NCBI GenBank assembly: GCA_002499345.1
Contig: DALF01000034.1
Location: 1-41,684, forward strand
Length of the DNA stretch: 41,684 nucleotides
From: Euryarchaeota archaeon UBA170
GTDB taxonomy: Archaea > Thermoplasmatota > Poseidoniia > Poseidoniales > Thalassarchaeaceae
Direction of reading: 5' to 3'
Shown here: piece by piece, positions 1-8,367 of the stretch
Numbering within the stretch: position 1 is the stretch's first letter
Layout: the number at the start of each line of letters is the position of its first letter
Position numbers and translations under genes: made by a program
The notes under the pieces: model-generated
What the model was told of the DNA's origin: nothing
Seen by the model: only the letters and a program-made list of their open reading frames with translations
Databases searched by the model: none

Positions 1-172
1 CATACCCACCTGTGTGAGTTTTAATCGCCTCTTCACGAATGAAGAAGCGATTCCTCTGGTATTCCAGGCATATCAATTCAGGTTTCTCTGACCACTACGT
101 CTCCCCGCAGGGCGTAGCGGTCTCAACCTTCTTACCCTGGTACACGACTGTACCAAGGAGCACTCTAAGCAT
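1..172 (-). ncRNA. Unclassified highly structured RNA (structured 5' leader or 5' part of an ncRNA) with a kink-turn; may continue beyond the window edge
   Basis: Minus-strand hairpins: CCUUGGUACA-GUCG-UGUACCAGGG (158-135); AGGUU-GA-GACCGCUACG-[CCC UGCG GGG]-AGA-CGUAGUGGUC-AGAGA-AACCU (129-80); CUGG-AAUA-CCAG (67-56); AAUCGCUUCUUCA-UUCG-UGAAGAGGCGAUU (52-23). The non-Watson-Crick stem positions are G-U on the minus strand. TTCATATA box at 199-192. Confidence 0.7.
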
Positions 173-191
173 CCCCGCGACCTACATTCGG

Positions 192-199
192 TATATGAA
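192..199 (-). promoter_or_regulatory. TATA-like box (TTCATATA) for the structured RNA
   Basis: Lies about 27-29 nt upstream of position ~171, the same spacing as TT(C/G)AA boxes before other genes in this window. Confidence 0.5.
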
Positions 200-254
200 G
201 TAACCGGGATGTTTGGCTTTCATATCATAGCGAAAACATCTCTCAGTACCACGG

Positions 255-608
255 TTATTCTTCATCCTCCGGAGCTTCGGAGAGTCCAAATATTAGCTGA
301 CCCGAGGGAGGCGTATCTGGTGCATCTTTGAATCCGAACGGGAGATTGTGAGTAAAACCTGATTTTTCGATGTTTTCATGGGTATTTTTGTTTTCTTGGT
401 ATTTGGGAGAAGCTTCAAGCCCAAAAACTGGAGTTTTGAGTTTTCTCCTATTTGACTCTTGAAGATCGAATGGAAGAGTCGTTTTTTCAAATTCGTTAAT
501 CAGTTGTTTATCTGTTGCGCCGGCGGTTATTTTCTCATTTTCATCTGTTCCGCATGTTAGGCAAATACCGGAACGAGTCGTCATCCCGCAAACCGCACAC
601 ACCCTCAT
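255..608 (-). CDS. Small hypothetical protein with N-terminal zinc ribbon
   Basis: MRVCAVCG...GICLTCG (CxxC..CxxC) followed by a low-complexity tail with repeated PFG/FG motifs. Start moved to ATG 608 because the longer ORF overlaps the upstream transporter by 100 nt. Confidence 0.65.
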   Translation of the reverse strand: MRVCAVCGMTTRSGICLTCGTDENEKITAGATDKQLINEFEKTTLPFDLQESNRRKLKTPVFGLEASPKYQENKNTHENIEKSGFTHNLPFGFKDAPDTPPSGQLIFGLSEAPEDEE

Positions 609-655
609 AATATTGGCTCGGGGCATCATGTCTTGATGCTGTCGCAGCAATCCGT

Positions 656-2197
656 TTACTCTGCCTCGTAGTGCGCGCCTTCCGTAGGGGCGTTCCCATA
701 TATTCCTGGCAAAAGTGAAAGTGACCCTATCATCATAGCAACTATAATGACCCATTTCACCATTTCATTAGGCCATTCTATCGCGTATCTAACCACACAA
801 TACACAGTTGCTAGAGCGACACTCAAGAGCATTATTGGGAATCCAGTCTTGAAGAATGTATTGAAGGAGATGTCGTGCCCTGCCTCTTCCGCCAATCCAG
901 CTGCGACAACGTTTGCTGAGGCGCCTATTATTGTACCATTTCCTCCTAGGCAAGCTCCGAGAGCCAGCGCCCATGCGAGTGGCCCTAATTGTAAGTTGAG
1001 ATCAGGATCGCTCGCCAACTCGATTACCACTGGCACCATGGTTGCTGTGTATGGTATGTTGTCAATAAAGGCGGATGCAATGGCCGATACCCATAGAAGC
1101 AGTAGAACTGCAACCATCAGCCTGTTCTTCTCTGAAGCTTGCGATATGGTATCTGAAATACCCGTAGCAATTGCATCGATTAAGCCCATATATTCTAGTC
1201 CATGAATCATAATGAACAGTCCTGCGAAGAAGATTATCGTGGTCCACTCTACAGAATCTAGTTGTTCTTCAACACGATGGGGTGATGTGACAAGTAGCAT
1301 CAGAACCGCCCCTCCAATGGCAATAGTAGCAACAGTAAGTAGTGGATGGTGAAAGCTGGAGTGAGCGAAAAATGCTAGAATAACTAGGATTAGGATAAAA
1401 CCAGATTTCTTCAATAGTTCTGCATCCTTGATGTTATACCTCAGACGAAGGAGATCTAGGTTGCGATGCCTCTCTCCTGAAAGACCCTCAGACTCTAACT
1501 TTGAGAGGAGCCAAAATGAAGGGGCCATGGCGATTAATACTGCTGGTCCGACATGAATTATGAAGTCAATGAAAGCTATTCCTTGATCTGCCAGAATTAC
1601 ATTTTCGGATAGTGCCTGGGAAGATAACTGTGCACCGATTATGATATTCGGGGGATCTCCTATTTGTGTTGCCGCCCCGCCGATGTTGGAGAACATCACC
1701 TCGGCGATAATCAATGGTATAGGCTCCAGATTCAGAACCTTGGCTATTTGTATAGTGACTGGAACGATTAGAAGTATCGTAGTCACATTGTCTAAAAATG
1801 CTGAGAATACAGCTGTTATTGTGCAGAGTATGAAAGAAAGTCTCCAGATGGAACCCCCGCTCAAAGCATATGCTTGAACCGCGGCCCATTCGAATACTCC
1901 AGTTTTTCCGAGGATATCGACAATGACCATCATTCCAATTAGGAGCCCGATTGTCTCCTCATCTATCCAAGTGACTACTGTGCCTAAATCTGGACCGTTG
2001 CCTATGATGTGAAGGGTGGTGACAGCCACTATTCCCCCTATGGCTGCGGCTAGGGCCCTGTGCACGATCTCGAAGACTATCAGTGCGTAGACGATAGTAA
2101 GAATTCCAAAGGCAGCAGGGACGGCCCATTCGGGCATTTCGGCGGGTGACCATACTCCTGAATCAGAGGTTGCTGCGAGAGCTCTTGTAAGGCGCAT
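656..2197 (-). CDS. ArsB/NhaD/SLC13 (IT superfamily) permease, P-protein-like anion/Na+ transporter
   Basis: About 12-13 hydrophobic segments; family motifs SAFLDNVTT, NIGGAATQIGDPPNIII, SAFIDNIPY, LGGNGTIIGASANVV. Start ATG 2197 (alternative TTG 2212); AT-rich box at ~2221-2230. Confidence 0.85.
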   Translation of the reverse strand: MRLTRALAATSDSGVWSPAEMPEWAVPAAFGILTIVYALIVFEIVHRALAAAIGGIVAVTTLHIIGNGPDLGTVVTWIDEETIGLLIGMMVIVDILGKTGVFEWAAVQAYALSGGSIWRLSFILCTITAVFSAFLDNVTTILLIVPVTIQIAKVLNLEPIPLIIAEVMFSNIGGAATQIGDPPNIIIGAQLSSQALSENVILADQGIAFIDFIIHVGPAVLIAMAPSFWLLSKLESEGLSGERHRNLDLLRLRYNIKDAELLKKSGFILILVILAFFAHSSFHHPLLTVATIAIGGAVLMLLVTSPHRVEEQLDSVEWTTIIFFAGLFIMIHGLEYMGLIDAIATGISDTISQASEKNRLMVAVLLLLWVSAIASAFIDNIPYTATMVPVVIELASDPDLNLQLGPLAWALALGACLGGNGTIIGASANVVAAGLAEEAGHDISFNTFFKTGFPIMLLSVALATVYCVVRYAIEWPNEMVKWVIIVAMMIGSLSLLPGIYGNAPTEGAHYEAE

Positions 2198-2259
2198 GAT
2201 ACTTCGAGACAAATTACACGTAAATATATCACTGATGAAGGCACAGTAGATTTCAGATA

Positions 2260-2532
2260 TTATTTACCAGACCAGAGAACCACTATATTGCCTCGACTGA
2301 ATGAAATAATCGAAGAAGTCTTTTTGGCTAAAGTCGAGAATATTTCTGTTCTTTCTAAAGATCCATTTGCAATACCTCGGTTAAGCTTAATCTTAACTAT
2401 TGACCTACTTGATAGTTGATTTTTCAGCTCTTCTATAACGGAATCTACCACGCCAGATTTTCCTATCCTGACGGTTATTGGGAGTTCTGAATCCGAAGAC
2501 TCTCTAATGACCCTGCTTGGAATTTTTGACAT
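2260..2532 (-). CDS. yhbY: YhbY/CRM-domain RNA-binding protein
   Basis: PITVRIGKSGVVDSVIEELKNQL...IVKIK...RGNIVVLW matches the CRM domain; directly follows rpp21 as in the conserved archaeal cluster; start MSKIP at 2532. Confidence 0.85.
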   Translation of the reverse strand: MSKIPSRVIRESSDSELPITVRIGKSGVVDSVIEELKNQLSSRSIVKIKLNRGIANGSLERTEIFSTLAKKTSSIISFSRGNIVVLWSGK

Positions 2533-2536
2533 ACTA

Positions 2537-2851
2537 TTACACTGCGAACGAAGGGCCCATGGTTTTGACTCTGCCGCATATCCCACATGTGTACTTGACT
2601 ACCTTGGAGCGAATCCTAACGGTGGAATTCCTCCCTGGGATCATGGCTATGTTACAGGATCTACAAATTGTAATGCCATTGTAATTTCTGACCCTAGTAC
2701 CATGTTTCTTGCCAATTCTGAGAATTAATTTAGCGGCTGAATCAGAGATATCTTGATTCCGGTTTTCGTTCAAAACGTCATACATATCGATGACTGCCTC
2801 AGAGGCTAGTTTCTTTCTAGGGTGCGATTTTCTCCTATATCTTCTTGGCAA
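2537..2851 (-). CDS. rnp4: Ribonuclease P protein component 4 (Rpp21)
   Basis: Basic N-terminus, ICRSC...IPGRNSTVRI...YTCGICGRVK zinc ribbon; adjacent to yhbY; TTG start abuts the adk stop. Confidence 0.8.
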   Translation of the reverse strand: MPRRYRRKSHPRKKLASEAVIDMYDVLNENRNQDISDSAAKLILRIGKKHGTRVRNYNGITICRSCNIAMIPGRNSTVRIRSKVVKYTCGICGRVKTMGPSFAV

Positions 2852-3508
2852 TCAGGACACCTCTAATTCTCGCCTTATGGATTCAGAAACTTGCACTATA
2901 CTACCTCTTCCATCTACGGAGATTATTCTCAAATCTGATCTTTCAGACAGGCCTGAATACCACTCTGAAAGAGGTTTTGTCTGTTGATGATAAGCATTAA
3001 GCCTACTTCTAACAGTTTCTTCATTATCGTCCTTCCTTTGAATAAGTCTGGCGACTATTTCTTCTGGGGCAGGTCGGAACTTAACATGAAAAATATCTCC
3101 AGTTTCGGGATCCATCCTTCTTCCAACGATTCTCTTAACGATATCTTCATCCGGCACTTGTATCATGATCACTGTTGATACTTTAGCAATCCTAGATAGC
3201 TCCTCCGCCTGAGCAATAGTCCGTGGGAAACCGTCAAAAAGGACCCCATCAGAAGCATCTGGTTGTTTGAGTCTCTCAGATATCAGCCCAATAATTATTG
3301 AGTCTGGCACTAGTTGACCGCTTTCCATATATCCCTTGGCCTCGTTGCCCAAATCAGTACCTCTATTCACTGCCTCTCTAAGCATATCGCCAGTAGAGAT
3401 CTGCGGCTTACCGGTAGACTGACTGATTTTTACTGCTTGAGTTCCCTTGCCGGCTCCGGGAGGACCGAACAGGATGATGGAAGATGCTTGGCTGGAAAAT
3501 GTGGGCAT
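2852..3508 (-). CDS. adk: Adenylate kinase (bacterial-type, long LID without Zn cysteines)
   Basis: GPPGAGKGTQA P-loop, ISTGDMLR, LFDGFPRT, QRKDDNEE; start MPTFS at 3508. Confidence 0.95.
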   Translation of the reverse strand: MPTFSSQASSIILFGPPGAGKGTQAVKISQSTGKPQISTGDMLREAVNRGTDLGNEAKGYMESGQLVPDSIIIGLISERLKQPDASDGVLFDGFPRTIAQAEELSRIAKVSTVIMIQVPDEDIVKRIVGRRMDPETGDIFHVKFRPAPEEIVARLIQRKDDNEETVRSRLNAYHQQTKPLSEWYSGLSERSDLRIISVDGRGSIVQVSESIRRELEVS

Positions 3509-3539
3509 AAATACCCCAAGTGGACTACATTCATAACGC

Positions 3540-6500
3540 TCACGGACGGTTCTGCTCCCACCACATATGGCCATATGCTGCCCATTGCTCCATGGTCCAA
3601 CCGTCTGGAAGGCCGCCTAGAGGAAGTTGAGGGGCGCCTTCAGGAGCTTGTCCGATACTCAAAGTTGGCAACGAAGATGAGGATATCGCATTATTCAATT
3701 CTTCTTCGGATACAGTTCCAGTAAGGACTTCCCCCGAGGCACTAGTCTCCAGTGCGGCGGCCCTTCTCTCTTTGGTAGAGCCAGAAAGTAGAGCTGAGCC
3801 AGGAGGTATCAATTCCTCATCTGGACGTGCGGCCAGAGAAGATGACCTCCTTGTCCTGAGTACTAGAACTACAGATGCTGAGACTACTATAATGAAAATC
3901 AGCCCAATCGCCCATGAAGGTATCATTCCTTCTGTGGATTCTCTGGCTTTGCTAACTTGTAATCTGAGGTATGCATTAGTAGAAATCTCCATCTGTCCGG
4001 AGCCATTTGCGAATACATCGAGCTCAATGATTCCGTATTCTGCATCCATTCGGGGATCCGCCACCACTTCGATGGATATTTGTTGTCCTGGCTCTATCGG
4101 CCCGGCCGATGAAGGATCGACTTCGAATTTCCAGTTCTCATCCCCCACTACTTCCAGTGAGACTTCGGTCACAGAATTTCCGATATTCTGCAAAGTTAAA
4201 TCAAAACTAGCAGGATTTCCTGGATAGATGTCTTCGGCCGTATCATCCGGAACAGATAGGTCTAGCCATGCAGATGACAGTACTATCACGTCTAGCCAAA
4301 CAGTACGTGAATGTGTCACAAATGCCGGGGTCGTGAATTCAATAATTACTGGAATCTGTTCATCTTGAGGGCCAGCTGGAACTGCGCCTGGGAGCTCCAA
4401 GGCGACGGAAACGACAGCCTGCTGATTCATGCCCATAGCGAAGTTTCCAGCGGTCATGAATCCGCCAGACCAATCCGATGGCATACTGCCAAGAGTCAGA
4501 GATATGATCAAGTCAACATTTCCTGAATTCTGAATCATGATATTTGCCGCCCCTGTCAACCCTGGTGCGGCGGATATGGAGCCATCCCCCGAAATATCCA
4601 GTTCTGCTAGCTCTCTGACTACGAGCTTGGTCCCATTAGAAATTACATCTCCACCAATGTGTGTAACTCTTGTGGTAATTGTATTTGACTCTCCCATTTG
4701 GGCCGCCATTGGCACTAATGTATTTATCTGGAATATTGCAATTTGACCTGATGGTATTTCGACAGAAATTGCTTCCATTGACTCTTCCTCGTCATGAATA
4801 ATCTGAATTGGCCACGTATTGAGAGATGAGAAAGCATTCACCTCGAAAATCATCGGAATATTTCCTTCATTGCTAACTTCGAGTATCGTAGTCACCATAT
4901 CCCCATTGATTACGGCTCGATCAGTAGCGAGTGCCAGCGGGCCGAGTGGGATGGCAGAATCTGAAAATATATCTGTTCGGAATTCATCATTAGCTAACAC
5001 AAGTACGTAGACAGTGTCGGAAATACTCAATGATGGATCATTAATTGACTGAGTCACGCATGTGACCTCCTCTGAGAGGCCCGCGGCGGGTTCACCGTTG
5101 GGCAATTTGGGGACTCTGACTTTTATTGGCAGAGTTGTATACAGCAATCTGCCTATGGGGTCCGTGAGAAGTTCCGCTGACTGAGAGTCCCAAATATTCA
5201 CAGGCCATGAGTTTAGAGTAGAGCAGGATACGATATATTGAGTTGGACCATTGCCATCATTACCAACTGCGAGTGAGAAAGTAGCCCATTCTCCAGGCTC
5301 TGCCTCTGCACCTCCCTCTCCGGCCAAAACAGTTACTAGTCCCTCGATCCTATCTACCTCTGCCTCTAGTCTAATCACATTATTCACAGTGGGGGCGTTT
5401 ACGTCGAACAGATTCAAATCGGTTACGAATGTGCCAGGAAGGGCATAAATTTCACCGGGCAGAGAGGAGGCGGAGGATTGGGGATGAGCAGTAAGATTCA
5501 GTTCGACAACTATCCTATCTCCCTCATTTCCCATCGGTTCGAGTTGCCATGGGCCTGTCTGATTGAGAAGTTTCCACCACTCATCAGATGGCGGTTGAAG
5601 AACTCCATTCTCTGAGACGACGTTTACAGGAGAGACACTGAGTTGAACGGATATAGTCGAGGTTCCTTCATTTCTAAGTTCTATAGGGAAGTAAACAGAG
5701 TTGGTCTCTCTTGGGTTCATACTCCTGGTTCTCGAATCTTCAAATTCCAAGGGAGTAGATGGCAGACTTCCACTCTCCATAAGAGGAGTTATTCTTACTC
5801 CTATCTGGGAAACTTGTACTAATATCTGAGCAATATTATTGTTAACTCCATTAGATTCATCATTCAATTCATCTATTTCCGAAGATGAGTCTATGGTGAG
5901 CCTGAGTAAGTGTTCCCCTGTAGATGAAAAGGAGTGAGGGAAGGACAATGAGTCAAGACCGCCCCCTATTATCGGTGAACGTCTTGATGTGTGCAATAAG
6001 TCCCCCGTGGTTACATCGTGTATTTCCACATCGTACGATGAAGCAGTTGCGGTAGCTTGGTTTCCCCAAGCAGCTTCGATTAGAATGGTGTCTCCTTGCA
6101 AAGGATTCGTCACTGAAGTTGAGATTGACCCCTCGAATACAGTCAGATCGGACTCATAAATTTCAGTTGCAATAGAAGATAATACCAGCGAGTAACCCTG
6201 GGAATCTCCCCCTGAATTCCCTACTCTAACTGTCCATGTCCCAATCAAAGCATCTTGAATTTTCACCCTTTCAAGATTATTTAGTGAATCTATCTCTGTG
6301 CCAGCTGCACTAAATCCGGATATGAATTCATTGCCTAGATAAGTGGTCCCATCGGGAGAAGTAACTGAAAGATCGAGATCATTGACTAAACGAGGTGCAG
6401 ATTGGTTGGCGACAGAAGAGCCCTTTAGGTCGTTCCAGGCCAACGTAGCATCCAGTCCAGCCCCGGCACTTACATCAAATGTGTATGTGAACCCGTGTCC

Positions 6501-8273
6501 CGGGTAGAGCTCTCTTGAGTAATCATATAGAACATCCATTTCGATACCATTGTCTGATACAGGATAGAGGCTGTTATCGAGAGATAGTTGCCCCCAGCCC
6601 TCGGATGGATTGGGCACGTTACTTTCCCCAATATCCATAGCTCCATTGATTAAAATCGCCCTGATTAAGTCCGATCTGGGCTCACTAACTCCTTGGGACC
6701 TCAGGAATTGCCTTACTAGTGCGGAAGCACCAGCTACGACCGGCGTTGCCATTGAAGTACCGTTCATTGCGACATAAAGGGGCGTAGTGCCGTCATCGTG
6801 AGTTTGATCGGTACAAGTTTGACCATCTACGAGTGTCGCTTCGGCGGCTCTTGCAGAGCAAATGAGGACTCCTGGGGCGACAATTTCTGGCTTGATCCTG
6901 CCATCGTTGGTAAATCCGTTTGATGAGAAGGTTGCAGTATTTCCAGAAGGCTCAGAGCCAAATGACCCAGTCGTGGATGCACCTACGGTTAGTGCGTTCT
7001 TGGAAGTACCAGGTGGCGTTATCCCAGAATCTTGGGAATTGCCTATATCGCCCGCGGAAAACAGAACCATGTAACCGGGATAATCGCTAACAAAGTCATC
7101 TACATTGGATGATGTCTGGCTATAATTTCCCAGATTTGCGGTGCCCCAACTATTAGTATGGATTCTAGCATTTTGATTCCACGAATGAGTGAATAGCCCG
7201 TACAATGACCCATAAATACCGAAAAACCCGCTTTGAGATTCATGCGTGTACATGTGAAAAGTAGCGCCGGGCGCAATTCCTAATGCAGAGGATTGTCCAG
7301 TGCCGTCGCCGAGGAGTGTTGCCGCTACGTGGGTCCCGTGACCGCTTAGCAGATCAGAATTATCATTATCCGGTCCGAACTGACTGTAAACTGACCTTAT
7401 CCTTCCATCGAAATCCCCGTGATCCTCATCTAGTCCTGTATCGGAAATCGCAATAACCTCTCCAGTTCCGTCCAACGAAATTGCTGATTGCTCAAATGCC
7501 CCCTGTATGCCTGAAATATCCCTAGCCGCGCTATTGTACACTGATGCATCACTGGCTAGTTGGATATGTAGAATTCTCCAATCTTTAGACAACATGGGCA
7601 CCCATATTGCATTAACATCTTCAACAGTACATAGCCATGGGTCACAATTATTTTGCCGATTAGAATTAGAGATTACAGAAAGATCTCTTTCAAGAGAAGT
7701 TAACTCGTCGCTTGATAAATCGCTGGCTGGCAGAATCTGTAGTTGTAATTGAGATGAAGGAGTAATATGCAGGAGTTCAGGAGATATTCTCCACATATCT
7801 GGCATTTGTCCGTACCATCTTACGGCCTCCCACGAAGGCAGGAAATCTTCAACCTCGAAATGTAATGGAAACCTCACAAGAAGTGCACTATCGGGAATAT
7901 AGTCGAGAATAGTTCCACCTATTTCTTCCACTGCTGATGATATCCCAGATATGTCAGAGGAATCAGACTGAATCGCGTAGACTGGCCTGTCGGAATGGCT
8001 ATACTCACCGGTATCCAATTCACCCAAGAGCGGGGCGTCGTCGATTAGAGGATCGAATGAGCCATAAGGGGAATGGATTAGTCCTGATGATTCTTTAATT
8101 TGGTGAACGTGCCCCAAGGGAAATTCTAGAGAGGACCATTTCATTGCCGGATACTCATTCGAATCTGACGAAGTCGTAGAGTCAATAGTCGCAAATGAAG
8201 CGGATGCCATTCCCGACCATGAGGAAATTAACAAAACTGCAAGGACAAGGAAAGTTGATTTCCTTGCATACAT
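3540..8273 (-). CDS. Membrane-anchored multi-domain S8 subtilase (KP-43-like catalytic domain, CARDB/Ig-like repeats, C-terminal TM and cytoplasmic tail)
   Basis: Signal peptide; catalytic triad motifs IAISDTGLD, GHGTHVA, GTSMATPVVAG; GRIKPEIVAPG; VNDLDLSV; CARDB-like IDELNDESNGVNNN; repeated N.GN Ig motifs; TM WAIGLIFIIVVSASVVLVL followed by RTRR. Confidence 0.93.
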   Translation of the reverse strand: MYARKSTFLVLAVLLISSWSGMASASFATIDSTTSSDSNEYPAMKWSSLEFPLGHVHQIKESSGLIHSPYGSFDPLIDDAPLLGELDTGEYSHSDRPVYAIQSDSSDISGISSAVEEIGGTILDYIPDSALLVRFPLHFEVEDFLPSWEAVRWYGQMPDMWRISPELLHITPSSQLQLQILPASDLSSDELTSLERDLSVISNSNRQNNCDPWLCTVEDVNAIWVPMLSKDWRILHIQLASDASVYNSAARDISGIQGAFEQSAISLDGTGEVIAISDTGLDEDHGDFDGRIRSVYSQFGPDNDNSDLLSGHGTHVAATLLGDGTGQSSALGIAPGATFHMYTHESQSGFFGIYGSLYGLFTHSWNQNARIHTNSWGTANLGNYSQTSSNVDDFVSDYPGYMVLFSAGDIGNSQDSGITPPGTSKNALTVGASTTGSFGSEPSGNTATFSSNGFTNDGRIKPEIVAPGVLICSARAAEATLVDGQTCTDQTHDDGTTPLYVAMNGTSMATPVVAGASALVRQFLRSQGVSEPRSDLIRAILINGAMDIGESNVPNPSEGWGQLSLDNSLYPVSDNGIEMDVLYDYSRELYPGHGFTYTFDVSAGAGLDATLAWNDLKGSSVANQSAPRLVNDLDLSVTSPDGTTYLGNEFISGFSAAGTEIDSLNNLERVKIQDALIGTWTVRVGNSGGDSQGYSLVLSSIATEIYESDLTVFEGSISTSVTNPLQGDTILIEAAWGNQATATASSYDVEIHDVTTGDLLHTSRRSPIIGGGLDSLSFPHSFSSTGEHLLRLTIDSSSEIDELNDESNGVNNNIAQILVQVSQIGVRITPLMESGSLPSTPLEFEDSRTRSMNPRETNSVYFPIELRNEGTSTISVQLSVSPVNVVSENGVLQPPSDEWWKLLNQTGPWQLEPMGNEGDRIVVELNLTAHPQSSASSLPGEIYALPGTFVTDLNLFDVNAPTVNNVIRLEAEVDRIEGLVTVLAGEGGAEAEPGEWATFSLAVGNDGNGPTQYIVSCSTLNSWPVNIWDSQSAELLTDPIGRLLYTTLPIKVRVPKLPNGEPAAGLSEEVTCVTQSINDPSLSISDTVYVLVLANDEFRTDIFSDSAIPLGPLALATDRAVINGDMVTTILEVSNEGNIPMIFEVNAFSSLNTWPIQIIHDEEESMEAISVEIPSGQIAIFQINTLVPMAAQMGESNTITTRVTHIGGDVISNGTKLVVRELAELDISGDGSISAAPGLTGAANIMIQNSGNVDLIISLTLGSMPSDWSGGFMTAGNFAMGMNQQAVVSVALELPGAVPAGPQDEQIPVIIEFTTPAFVTHSRTVWLDVIVLSSAWLDLSVPDDTAEDIYPGNPASFDLTLQNIGNSVTEVSLEVVGDENWKFEVDPSSAGPIEPGQQISIEVVADPRMDAEYGIIELDVFANGSGQMEISTNAYLRLQVSKARESTEGMIPSWAIGLIFIIVVSASVVLVLRTRRSSSLAARPDEELIPPGSALLSGSTKERRAAALETSASGEVLTGTVSEEELNNAISSSSLPTLSIGQAPEGAPQLPLGGLPDGWTMEQWAAYGHMWWEQNRP

Positions 8274-8288
8274 GGTTCCTCCGGAACC
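8274..8288 (-). promoter_or_regulatory. SD (GGAGG) embedded in a 6-bp hairpin directly before the subtilase start
   Basis: Minus strand GGTTCC-GGA-GGAACC-ATG. Confidence 0.4.
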
Positions 8289-8316
8289 TAATCTACCTTT
8301 TGACAGTTAACCCAAG

Positions 8317-8335
8317 CTGATTATACAATAATCAG
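8317..8335. promoter_or_regulatory. Perfect 8-3-8 inverted repeat, candidate operator upstream of the subtilase
   Basis: CTGATTAT-ACA-ATAATCAG in the gap-subtilase spacer. Confidence 0.4.
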
Positions 8336-8367
8336 TAGTGATTATGATTAAAAAGCCGTGAAAAGAC

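Noticed and set aside
50-130. TPP riboswitch resemblance (UGAGA, AACCUGA, CUGG-AAUA-CCAG)
   Set aside because: Spacing and pairing do not fit the TPP consensus: no ACCUGAUC..G.UAAU.C...CG.AGG arrangement, and UGAGA is used in the k-turn stem.
1-172. RNase P RNA or SRP RNA, suggested by nearby rpp21 and the k-turn
   Set aside because: No GAGGAAAGUCC-type CR-I and no SRP Alu or helix-8 motifs in the visible part.
609-755. N-terminal extension of ORF 255..755
   Set aside because: Overlaps the transporter 3' end; the Zn-ribbon start at 608 is more plausible.
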